64,000 bases of DNA from Iphione sp. A-MEVVRFRX5 (Eukaryota): contig OZ320314.1 of the NCBI GenBank assembly GCA_976226885.1, forward strand, positions 101,556,001 to 101,620,000, written 5' to 3'. The notes under the pieces are model-generated. The model had not been told where the DNA came from. It searched no databases and saw only the letters and a list, made by a program, of their open reading frames with translations. Below, in pieces: positions 21,886 through 31,984 of the stretch. Within the stretch, counting starts at the first letter, position 1; every line of letters begins with the position of its first letter. A program made the position numbers and the translations under genes.

Positions 21886-23505
21886 TCAGGTAATTAATGA
21901 TGCTCTCACTTCCATTAGTGCAATACCTGTGAGATTTTTTCCAGTCCAACTACCGCTAGTCACCTTCTTGTCCCACAGATGACAGCCCGAACCAAGGACC
22001 GAGTCGATACTCGCCTCTACTAGAGTCACAGCACCTGTGTTGATCAGTTCCTTCTTGAAGCACTCATTTACAGCAGCCTTGGCATGTAGTCCTTCTTTCA
22101 AAATCTCACTTTGCATATGAGACCAGTCTTTCGAGCGACGAATTTGATATGACAATGTCCTAGCCTTACTCGGTACCAGCTCTGACTGAATGCGCTTCCT
22201 CAGATCGTTATTGTTATGTAATCGCGCACATTCAGCTGCAAGCCAGTGATCAACAGATCTATACTTGTCACCCCCCAACTCAATTTGGACTAGGGCTTCG
22301 TTAGACAGCATACTATGTGGGCCACCAAAAAACATGGTCTCCCCTACCTGTCTATGGGCTGTTTCTGCCAAAGTAATCCCTTCAGGCATATTATGTAAGT
22401 CGTTACTACCGTACTCCTTGCCCTCAACTTTTAGCGTCACACCCTGGACAGTCGACCTCATACCTTTGCGCTTGGCTAGGTTACTAATTGCTCTCATATC
22501 CCTATTTATTGACCTCATCTCGGGTGGTAAGTCATCCCGAAAGGATAGACCCGATCCACCCCTCAACCGATTCAGATTTGACTTGTTTGAGTAGACTGAA
22601 TTACGAACATCCTCCCCAATCATTTTTACTAGGATTGGCCGAGGTTTTTTAGACATATTCCCTATACGGGTCGCAGATAAGAGAGCATCTGAATAGTAAA
22701 CCTTGTCAAGCTTCCCTAACAAAACATTTACAATGCCCCACGTGTCCTCATTTTTGCGCTCAGCCAGACCTTCAATTACAAAATTACATTTTCGGCTATT
22801 TACTTCAAGAGCCTGGATTTTATTTTCCAAATGTGATATCTTGTCATCAAGACTACATAATTGATCATGTAATGGCTCTAGTTTGCCTGAACAAATACTG
22901 CGCACACTCTCCTCAATAACAGTTTTAATGGAATCTAGGGTCGCCATTCTCTGGGTCATATTGTCCACCTTATTTGAAAGCACTTCCATAGTCTGTAGAA
23001 TATGTTGAACTGATAGTTCGACAGCATTCACCTTTGCCAAGACAGGCTTATTGTCTGACAGCTCTTGTCTAATGTCATTTAATGTAGAGAGCATTGCTGC
23101 GCTACTCACCGGACTTGACCCACCTCCGATCGGTATCAGGGTAACCGGAGTGTTTGGGTTATTGTTCAATTCAATAAGACTTACATTCTGGCAGCCTTTA
23201 TCAGGAACACATGCGTCAGGCTCACTTGGAACAGGTACTGCTTGTGGGGGAAGTGGATACATCCCCCCTTGTCCTGGATCCTCGTCCACGTTGTAGACAG
23301 ACCCGGCCAGTCCTCCACTGCTACCCCGTTGAGCGACAATAGAGGTATCGGCCGATCCGCCATGCCGGTAGTCGAGTTCCACACTGGTCACGGTCATTTG
23401 AGTACTGTTATCCAGCGATTTCTTTCCTCCAGACACACTCCCTGCACTGCCTTTACCTTTGCCGCTCGAGAATGATCGTGTTTCCATCCTGGTTCCTCTT
23501 ATCAT
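21886..23505 (-). CDS. LINE ORF1: low-complexity N-terminus, coiled coil, L1-ORF1-like RRM/CTD, C-terminal NADAR (YbiA/DUF1768)-like domain
   Basis: Heptad region LDDKISHLENKIQALE, then NFVIEGLAE...RIG...PRPILVK...FRDDLP...LKVEGKEY (L1 ORF1-like). The last ~150 aa match the NADAR pattern: LSN...G..Y.SVDH...W...AK...L..TG..TLVEASID..LG.G...W.GKNLTG.ALMEVR. The frame is open from 23562 (GTG); the first ATG is at 23505. Confidence 0.85.
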   Translation of the reverse strand: MIRGTRMETRSFSSGKGKGSAGSVSGGKKSLDNSTQMTVTSVELDYRHGGSADTSIVAQRGSSGGLAGSVYNVDEDPGQGGMYPLPPQAVPVPSEPDACVPDKGCQNVSLIELNNNPNTPVTLIPIGGGSSPVSSAAMLSTLNDIRQELSDNKPVLAKVNAVELSVQHILQTMEVLSNKVDNMTQRMATLDSIKTVIEESVRSICSGKLEPLHDQLCSLDDKISHLENKIQALEVNSRKCNFVIEGLAERKNEDTWGIVNVLLGKLDKVYYSDALLSATRIGNMSKKPRPILVKMIGEDVRNSVYSNKSNLNRLRGGSGLSFRDDLPPEMRSINRDMRAISNLAKRKGMRSTVQGVTLKVEGKEYGSNDLHNMPEGITLAETAHRQVGETMFFGGPHSMLSNEALVQIELGGDKYRSVDHWLAAECARLHNNNDLRKRIQSELVPSKARTLSYQIRRSKDWSHMQSEILKEGLHAKAAVNECFKKELINTGAVTLVEASIDSVLGSGCHLWDKKVTSGSWTGKNLTGIALMEVRASLIT

Positions 23506-24016
23506 TGGTCTATTCGGTCTTATTCTGCCACTATCACTACGAAAATGCTGGAGCCAGGTCACAACACGTCTGGTCTACTCGGCGGCCATTTTCCTAGGTG
23601 TATATATCTATAGATATTGTGGCATGTGGTCCATTCTCAGTTAAGTGTAGCATCAGGTGTCTTCAGTATTGAAGCAGGGCTGAGGCAATGCATGCTGCCA
23701 AAGTGTTAGATATAACACCATTTTATGATTCTAGATGTAATTTCTGTTAATTTGATATATAGTTTTACTAGTCTAAAATAGATATTTATGGTCAAAATTC
23801 CATGTCAAAGATGCTTTGTGCCTTAAAAACCCCCTGTCCATTGTCTGAGTGGTTAAATAGACATTGACAGTTAATAAATAAATATACATTTAAATGAAGC
23901 TGTTGTTTGTTATTCATTCCTTGCTTGCCTTTGGGTAGCAGAATATGACAGACTTGATTCTTCCTGTTGTATGTCTCATGCCTGAGGTGATGGAATTGGC
24001 TTGTCCATGTATTTTG

Positions 24017-24392
24017 TGTAATCTACGCTATTACACATGTAATGTGTACCAGCTATTATTATATTATGACCCTTGTGATTTAAAAAGTACCAAACAGTAG
24101 GCGAGGTTGGAGCATGTCTGAGGCATGAGCAATTCTGAACATATTCAGTGATAAATGTCCTCAGCTGGAGAAGAATGAAATGAGTTAATAGTAGTTTTTT
24201 TAAGGATGTCATCTACGCTATGTGCATTACTCTAAAACCTACAGTATGACAAGTTTTTTTTATGGTTGTCAAGGAAAAGGGCCTATGTGACAATAAAGTA
24301 ATAATGATAGTGCAACATATCTACAAAATGGTCCAGACATATGATCATTAATGGCCAAAATTGTAATATACGCTATGTGTCATCTACGCTAT
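24017..24392 (+). repeat. Dispersed 15-bp motif TGTMATCTACGCTAT, left array
   Basis: Copies at 24017, 24207, 24362 (variant TGTAATATACGCTAT) and 24378, with unrelated spacers. Confidence 0.85.
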
Positions 24393-24924
24393 GTAGAATG
24401 GAAGTTTTAGAAAATGTGGCGAAAATCATGGAATTTGACAAAGAAAACGATAGATGGCAGTACTGTACTTCAGAACGGTACCCTGGTGGCAAAACTATGT
24501 ACTATTGGCGCCCTTGCTGCACCAAGTGGACAAGGACAAGAACCTACTTTCGCGCTCGTCGAGTTTGTGTGAGTATAAATATAAATTGATGGTACTTATC
24601 TCCGAATGTAAAGTAGATTACCATATTTGGCATATAGAGTATAAATTAGCAAGATTTTCTCGAAACTTGGAAGAAAAAACTATGTTTGAGATGTTATTAA
24701 CCGATAATGTTAAGGAAGGTCATAAAATATAGCGTAAATGACTGAAAAAGTGTCGTATATGACACTATATCATATTAGTATAAAAAGAAGCTGTATTAAT
24801 CGGTTATCATCGGGGAATTAATTGCAAGTGACTCTGAAGTGCTTTGTGAATATAAAGCAAGTTGTAAGCTGGAAATGTTGTTTGAAATATATTATCAAAA
24901 ATGTATAACTTGTTGCATAGGAAA

Positions 24925-27900
24925 ATGGCAAGAAAATCAGTCTCACAAATCTGCAAAGACTATCGGCAGAGGAAGAAGAGTGCCCCAGATGGAGTAGAAT
25001 GGAAGGCTAAAGAAGCTGAACGGACCAGCAGGTATGTAAAACATTTTCTGATGTTTCTCTAATTAATACTGTTGGTAGTCTCTAACATTTGTAGTTGTCT
25101 CCGACCATTCTCTAACAATTCTCTTACAAACTTTGTTAGAGATTCAAACGACTCATCACTAAGTTCACAATTTCTCTCACAAAATAACAGAGGTAGATGT
25201 GTGTACGTCTGAAAGAAAATTTTAATGATCTCTAATGTTTCTCGCACAGAATTATTACAGTTTCACAAAATTAAAAAAGATACATGTTCAGGCTTCACTT
25301 TTCACAAAATTAAAAAAGATGTATGTTCAGGCTTCACTGTTCAATGCAAACTAGTCCAAGTTAAGCCCGGCACGTCCCTGGGCACACGCCACTTTTAGTA
25401 GGCCCACGAGGTACTGCTCCTTAGATTTCGATCCTGCCACTTTAAGGTACCGATCCTGGAGCACTTGGATGTCCGCTGAAGTCAGTGGTGATCTGATCGG
25501 TGGCTCCATTGGTCTACGAGTGAGGACCATGCTGGGGACTGTGGGTGGGACTGTGACTGGGACGGTGGCTGATGCTGAAGCACTCACATCGGGCCTTGAC
25601 ACAGGTTGTTGAGTAATTTCCATTTCCTGAAGATGTGTCTCCAGCTCATTAACCTTCACTTCCAACTCTAAACGAGTACTGTCCTTTAGAGCAGTGTATT
25701 GGTCTTGTCTGGCCTGGCGCTCCCCTGCCACTGCCTCACGTCGGTCCTGCACCTCAGTGGCGAGAGCAGCAGACAGTGATTGCAGCTCCCCAATCTGTTG
25801 CCGTAACACCCCCAACTCATCTCGAAGTGCCTTGATTTCTTCCTGCTGCTTGTCAGATTCTTCCTTCCGTACGCGCACCTCCACTTTGAGGAGGTCCCTG
25901 GTGCTCTTAACATCCTTCAGGGAAGCGTTGATCCGCCGCATCTCATGCTGCATGTGGTACAGAGCCCGCTCTTTGTGGTTGAGGGACTCTTGCTGCGTGC
26001 GAACCATCTCCTCCAGCTTTTGTACGGTAACTGCGCCCTTGCCTGTCTTCTGTGATGTTTGAGCGGATGCAGACACGGGTGGGGATGGCGCAGGTGAGAC
26101 TGATGCCCTAGTGCGGCGCTTAGTGGACACGGGTGGGGGTGGCGCAGGTGACGCTCCCTTAGCACTGCACTTAGAAGTTGACTTGGGCCTTGGAATCTTA
26201 CTTCTTGACCGGGTCTGTGGCCCTTCAGAGTCAGAGGAGTCTGAGAATGAAAAAAAAACATGCACATATCCAATTAATACCTATGTATATATTCTCATTT
26301 CTAGTGTGCATTGTGCAAACTTTGGTTTAAACATCTGATCTTCAACAATTAATTTAACGCCTCATACACTTAGATCTGCATTATAATCTCTCACATCTTT
26401 AACGATTACAAGTACATTCCATTGAACATTGTCTTATAATACATTGAGAGGAAGGAATGTATTAAGCCTAGTGAAAAAAATGTCGGTGTTTCCGGCAATT
26501 GGACGACCCTACATTGTAGCTAGTTGTACCTTTTTTCTTGTTTTGTGAATACAATTACAATGTTGTCTTATAATATTACTGACCCCTATCCTGCAGCAGC
26601 TCGTAACGGCTGAGCTCATTGTGGTAACGCTCCATTTTGGCCTGGTACTCCTCCTCGGTGTCCCTGTCTAGCCGGTAGGGGAGCTTGGGACGCAAACCCT
26701 TAGCTGTAATTTAGCCAATGATACCAAATTTAAAACATACCCATTATACAATAACACATTTATTATGAATGACAGATAAGTAAAATCGCTGTCTTACATA
26801 AATTATGAAGCTCTAGGTGGTTACTCAAAACAAGACTTTACGTACCTTGTCGCTCCTTTCGCCTACTCTCCTCCATTTGGAGCCTTGCTTTTTTCTTTAA
26901 TTCTGCTGGGTCCTGCTTGTCTCTCCACGCCTTGCAGCTTTCAGCGTGGCTCAACTTCTTATCTTCAGGAGTCTCAGCCTGTGGGGTTTCCTGCTCTGTG
27001 TCGGTACTCATGGGACTTGGTTGTTTCTCAGCCATAATGTACTCCTTCTGATCAGCGCAAGGTGTAGCCGCAGAGTGAGCAGTGGTGGCAGGGGAAGCAC
27101 CGTGGCCCCCAAAGCGTCCCACGTAGGCGCGCATCAGTTAAGGGCCTATTAAGTGTTGCTAGGCGACGCTCGCCTGATGTGCGCTTTTATGTGGGGTGAC
27201 TATGACCACACTGTTCAGAACTGACACGTTGTTAGACGGCGGATCTCCAGGCCTCCCTGTCTGGTCTGATATTCCATCTTATAAATGCGCTTTGTACTTG
27301 CAATCTCTCACAAATTGAGTATATAGAACCCATCAACAACACACTGAATTTTCATTATTTCTAGCAATCTTTAACAGAATTCTAATAATCTCGCACAGAC
27401 TCTAACAGAATTCTAATAATCTCGCACAGACTCTAACAGAATTCTAATAATCTCGCACAGACTCTAACAGAATTCTAATAATCTCGCACAGACTCTAACA
27501 GAATTCTCATCTCGCACAGACTCTAACAGAATTTTCATCTCGCACAGACTCTAACAGAATTCAACAGAATTCTCATCTCGCACAGACTCTAACAGAATTC
27601 TCATCTCGCACAGACTCTAACAGAATTCTCATCTCGCACAGACTCTAACGGAATTCTAATAATCTCGCACAGACTCTCATGATCTTGCACACTAACCTCT
27701 CACCTTGAAGTGAGTGTTGTCATATTGAAGCAGTGTATATAAACATAGGATGAACACTTTGACACAACATGTCTCTCACATTTCTCTAACAGAATAATTG
27801 GATTCACTATTTAACCACATTTCAGGTACTATGTTCCAATTAGTGAGGTGAAAAACAAGAAGGAACTGTTCCTGCGCCGAGAACGGAACCGACAAGCACA

Positions 27901-30169
27901 GGAGAGGAGGCGTGCACGACTGAAGGCCGAGCGGGAACAGCAGCATGAGCAGCTGACCTCTCAGCAGTCCCCTCTGCAATCTTCCCAGCAATCCTCCCAA
28001 AACTCATCTCAGGCCAGCACATCATCAATTGGGCCGTCATCTTCTGACTCCACTGGCAATGCAATGCCAGTGGCATTCCCCTTCATGACACCTGCAGGGC
28101 GCCATAGGAGCAGAAAACGCATCAGCAGGGCCGTAGCCAAGAGCAAAAGGAAAGTAGAGAAGTTGGAGCGGGAAAAGAAGACCTCAGCGAGGCTTGTGTG
28201 GAAACTCCAGAAACGCTTACAGAGGGCACAGGCCAAGATCAAGAAGCTGGCGGCAAAGAAGAAGAAGCGGCCAACCCCTAAGGACAAGGCTATGGAGGAC
28301 CTCATGAAGGCAGGTTTAGATCCATTTGAGCATGAAGGACTCCTGCGTAAATTAACTGCACATCACTCCGTCCTGGAACAGATCAGGAGTGGCGCTGTAA
28401 AGAGGATATCACGGCAGAAACATTCTCTAGAGCGAATAATAGCTGGGCGACTGACCCGTAAGTACAAGGTGTTGCGATACCTGGGCCATGAGACCTCACT
28501 CAACCGAAACCATCTAGGCACAAGATCTTTCACAAAGAAGAGGCGCCTTCCTACTCTTCGAGAGGACCTCCGTAAATGTGTCGTCACATTCATGGAACGA
28601 GATGACATTTCACGTGTGATGCCCGGTAAGCGTGACAACACCCGCATTGGTCCCAAACGAGTGCAGACCCGAGTGCTTACAGATTATGTAGCTAATATCT
28701 GGAACAAGTTCCAGTTGGAGTATCCGAACAAGAAGATTTCCCTCTCCGTTTTCTGTCGTCTGCGACCTGCGCACATAAAGGTTTCAGCCTTTTCCAGCCG
28801 CACATCATGTCTGTGTGTATACCACCAGAACATGGTACTGAAGCTTAAAGCTGGGGGAATATCCACCTCCCCTGACGTACTAGTCAGAGAGCATGAGTCA
28901 AATGACAACATCTTGGATGCTTGCACAGTGAATGACCCCGTCACCTACTACACCTGGGAGAAAGTGAAAACTGAAGATAGAAGCCAGGTGAAATGTGTCA
29001 AGAAAACGGAGGAAAGAGATACATTCTTAGCTGAACTACGTGAAGACCTGATCAAGTTCAGGGGGCATGTTGCACGTATTTCACTTCAGTTTACAGCACT
29101 GAGGCAGTTGAAAGACACACTTAATTGCAACGAGGCTATTGTTCATATGGACTTTGCCGAGAATTATACTTGTAAAAATGTGGCAGAAGTTCAGTCTGCA
29201 TACTGGGCTCAGACCCAAGTCACAGTACATCCTGCCCTTTGTTACTACAGGCAGCGGCCTGGGGAGCAGCTTAAGCACAAGAGCTTTGTTTATGTGAGTG
29301 CCATCAACTCACACAACCCGACAACCGTCACTGCCATTCTCCGAGAGATCAATGATGATCTAGATAAGATGTTGCCTGAAATAAAAACTGTCCACTATGT
29401 CACAGATGGGCCAACATCCCAATATCGCAACAAGGTCATCTTCCATATTGTTGGGAATCACCAGTTCTACTTTCAGAGAGCTGCAACGTGGACCTACCAC
29501 GAGGTAGGCCACGGCAAAGGTCCCTGCGACGGCATCGGCGGTACTGTAAAGCGTTTGGCTGATGATGCTGTAAAACAGAACAAGGCAGTCATAGCCAATG
29601 CCAATGACTTCTACACCTGGATGCAGGGCGAACGTTCCATCATCACAAGTAAATTGCTCACACAGAACCAGGTGGATGCAGCAGAGGAGATGGTGGATAA
29701 TATGGATGCAAAACCAATCAAGGGTACCCTTGCAATTCACGCTGTTGTTGGGCTAAGACATGGGGCAATTGCGACAAGATCCACCAGTTGCTACTGTGAC
29801 CAATGTAAATCCCTTGATCTCTGCAATGGTTGGAATGTAGTGAACGTCAAGAAGCAAGATCAGAAACTGTCACTTGAAAAGGGATCCTGGGTTGCAACTG
29901 ATTATTCAGGAATGGCTTACTATGGACGGGTCGAGGATTGCCGTGATGAAGAGGAAACCACTGAATACAAGATTAATTTCCTACTTCCACGCCAGAGTGA
30001 TCCATCAAAGATGTCATGGCCGAAGAAAAAGGACATCATGTGGCTGACAACTGCCGACATGATTTGCAATGTTCCCGCCCCTACAGAAGTTGGATCAACC
30101 TGCACCTTCCCTAGCAAGATCCTGCGCAGAGTTGACCTGCTTCTTGCAACAAGGAACGAAAACCAGTAA
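24925..30169 (+). CDS. Sola2-like DDD transposase, two coding exons join(24925..25031,27826..30169), ~816 aa
   Basis: Exon 1 MARKSVSQICKDYRQRKK...ERTS ends in AG|GTATGT (phase 2). Acceptor TTTCAG|G at 27826 continues in frame (RYYVPISEVKNKK) into the 773-aa ORF. Motifs CLCVYHQN, MDFAENY, VHP, TDGPTSQYRN, GHGKGPCDGIGGTVKR, CYCDQC. I assign the superfamily from recalled Sola2-type motifs, so it is less certain than the transposase call itself. Confidence 0.75.
25351..27035 (-). CDS. Nested antisense gene, complement(join(25351..26240,26584..26703,26846..27035)), 399 aa, basic/coiled-coil protein of unknown function
   Basis: Donors G|GTACGT (26845) and G|GTCAGT (26583). Acceptors TACAG| (26703) and TTCTCAG| (26240). 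Both introns are phase 1. The spliced length is 1200 nt with no internal stop. Basic N-terminal helix, Ser/Pro linker and a long coiled coil. Confidence 0.75.
27370..27680. repeat. Minisatellite, 10 copies of ATCTCGCACAGACTCT(AACAGAATTCT...), 28/31-bp units
   Basis: Copies start at 27388, 27419, 27450, 27481, 27509, 27537, 27575, 27603, 27631 and 27662. Confidence 0.95.
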
Positions 30170-30307
30170 TTGTTAGAGACATGTATACACGGTTCAAGTG
30201 CAAATTTCATTAGAGACACATTTCTAACTCATTTTATAGTTCACGATTTGCTAGTCTGTGGCAGGGTTTTAATGTTCTACTCATGCACTAGATCATGTTT
30301 AGAGTTG

Positions 30308-31579
30308 CGTCATCTACGCTACAATGTAAAGAATGCATTCAAATAGTTGTCTAATATCACAAACCTACACACAAAATGTGGAAGATTTGTTAGATATGTT
30401 CATCAGCTTTACTCCCAAACAGCATAAGACGATTCCAAATGGTCACAGAGAATGTTTGAGAATGTTTGAGAGAAACGTGAAAGATGTCATCTACGCTATG
30501 AAGTTATAGAGGCCTGCAGGTTATTCATGTCAGGGATATGATAGGAAATAATGACAAATATGTTAGAAAATTCATCCATATTATTTACAGTCTAAAAAAC
30601 ATACTGATAAAGTATTTTGTGGGAGACTTGTGAGAGATTTGTTAGAGCTGTCATCTACGCTATCCAATTACTGACTTCATTTATTGCATTCCATCTTAAT
30701 CCTTCTTCCCAAGTTATTCCTGTTGAATCATGTCAATTAAACTGCATACTTGGGTTCTCATACACATTTGTTGCAATACCATATCGATTCATTGCATTTA
30801 CACACAAAGAGGGAGTGACCATAGATTATGTCATCTACGCTATCAAGTTTCAGATTCAATGTTTTCGTAACTTGTACATCACTGGTATGCAGCATTTAGA
30901 AAGAATTAATTTAAATGAGTAGCACACATTTCAATTGCACTTTTTGCGTGCACATTCTCTCTATTATTAACATATTTGACATGATCATGGATCTTTCCAA
31001 TACATGAAATTGCTGTTAAAGATACACTATAAAATGTCATCGTTGAGACACATGCAACCATAGGATGAAAATGGTCTCTTTTTTCAATATTACTGCTCTG
31101 TGCATGATATACTGCTGTTCATTCACTCCAGATTTCAGTCAATATCCACAAATAGACATTTTGTGTGTTATTTACATCTGTGTCATCTACGCTATTCTTA
31201 ACATAACAGATCTGGATCAACTTCTCTGCTGTAATGGTATATAACATGGAATAAATAAGGGATTTACTGCTTTGTAAAAGATTGCCTGTCTGACTCATTC
31301 TAAAATAACACATAATTTGAATTACATTGGCTCCATTAATAACTGTGAAAGTCTGTCTTACTTTCAGACACATTGCTTTTACTTGTAATAGAAAATTTAG
31401 TGGTAATTTCTATGCTGGTTACCACAGATTCATAAAGTCATATAAACAATTTGGGATACATACCTCAAATCAACACATACAATATCATATATTAGTTATT
31501 AAAAATTTTACAATATTTACCTTATAATTAAGTATACCATCGTCTAATGACTTTAAGAGTGATAATAGCGTAGATTACA
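30308..31579 (+). repeat. Dispersed 15-bp motif TGTCATCTACGCTAT, right array plus one inverted copy
   Basis: Direct copies at 30308 (CGTCATCTACGCTAC), 30485, 30649, 30829 and 31181. Inverted copy ATAGCGTAGATTACA at 31565-31579. Confidence 0.85.
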
Positions 31580-31984
31580 TATCTACTTTTATTGAATTGC
31601 TTTACTTAAGTTTAAACATCCATTCCACAAAATGTATGATACCTTGAATCACAAAAATTTCCAACATTATGCTTCAATGCCTTCTCCATCAGGGAACAAC
31701 AGTGAGCTGTCTTTTTGCACAAATTTTTTTTTTTCAAATAGTCTCCTACAGATGCTACACTTAACTGGGAATGGACCATGTGTGCATGGAATGGTTGTGT
31801 GGGGGTGTGCATGCGGAGAGTGAGTGTGATGTGTGGGAAATGGCTGTGCAGTGAATGTGTGCATAAGTGCTCCGCACCTAAGACTATATAAGGTGTGATG
31901 TGTGGGCAAAGTTCAGTTGCCTTCTAGTACTTGTGGAATAAACATCTTGAACCTTTCCTCTGAGTTCATGCGTCATGAGTTTGC

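Larger units (their letters stand above)
17161..23594 (-). mobile_element. Full-length three-ORF non-LTR retrotransposon (CR1/L2/Crack-like APE-RT group)
   Basis: The 5' end reads GGAAAATGGCCGCC (YY1-like internal promoter motif). Three intact ORFs. The 3' end has AATAAA followed by a short (ACCTTTCAA)-type repeated tail. Flanked by TAGGT/TAGGT (17156-17160, 23595-23599), partly overlapping the tail repeat. Confidence 0.85.

Noticed and set aside
19331-23475. Plus-strand ORFs opposite the LINE genes (for example 19331..19630, 22265..22594, 23051..23296)
   Set aside because: These are antisense shadows of long minus-strand coding sequences, with no independent motifs.
24341-24732. ORFs 24341..24589 and 24454..24732 upstream of the transposase
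   Set aside because: No recognisable homology, and the first overlaps the motif array. They may be 5' UTR sequence, but I cannot support coding status.
28009-30219. Minus-strand ORFs opposite the transposase
   Set aside because: Antisense shadows without domain signal.
30308-31195. CRISPR-like repeat-spacer reading of the 15-bp motif array
   Set aside because: The repeats are too short (15 bp) and non-palindromic, the spacers are 150-340 bp, there are no cas genes and the context is eukaryotic. Kept as a transposon-associated motif array instead.
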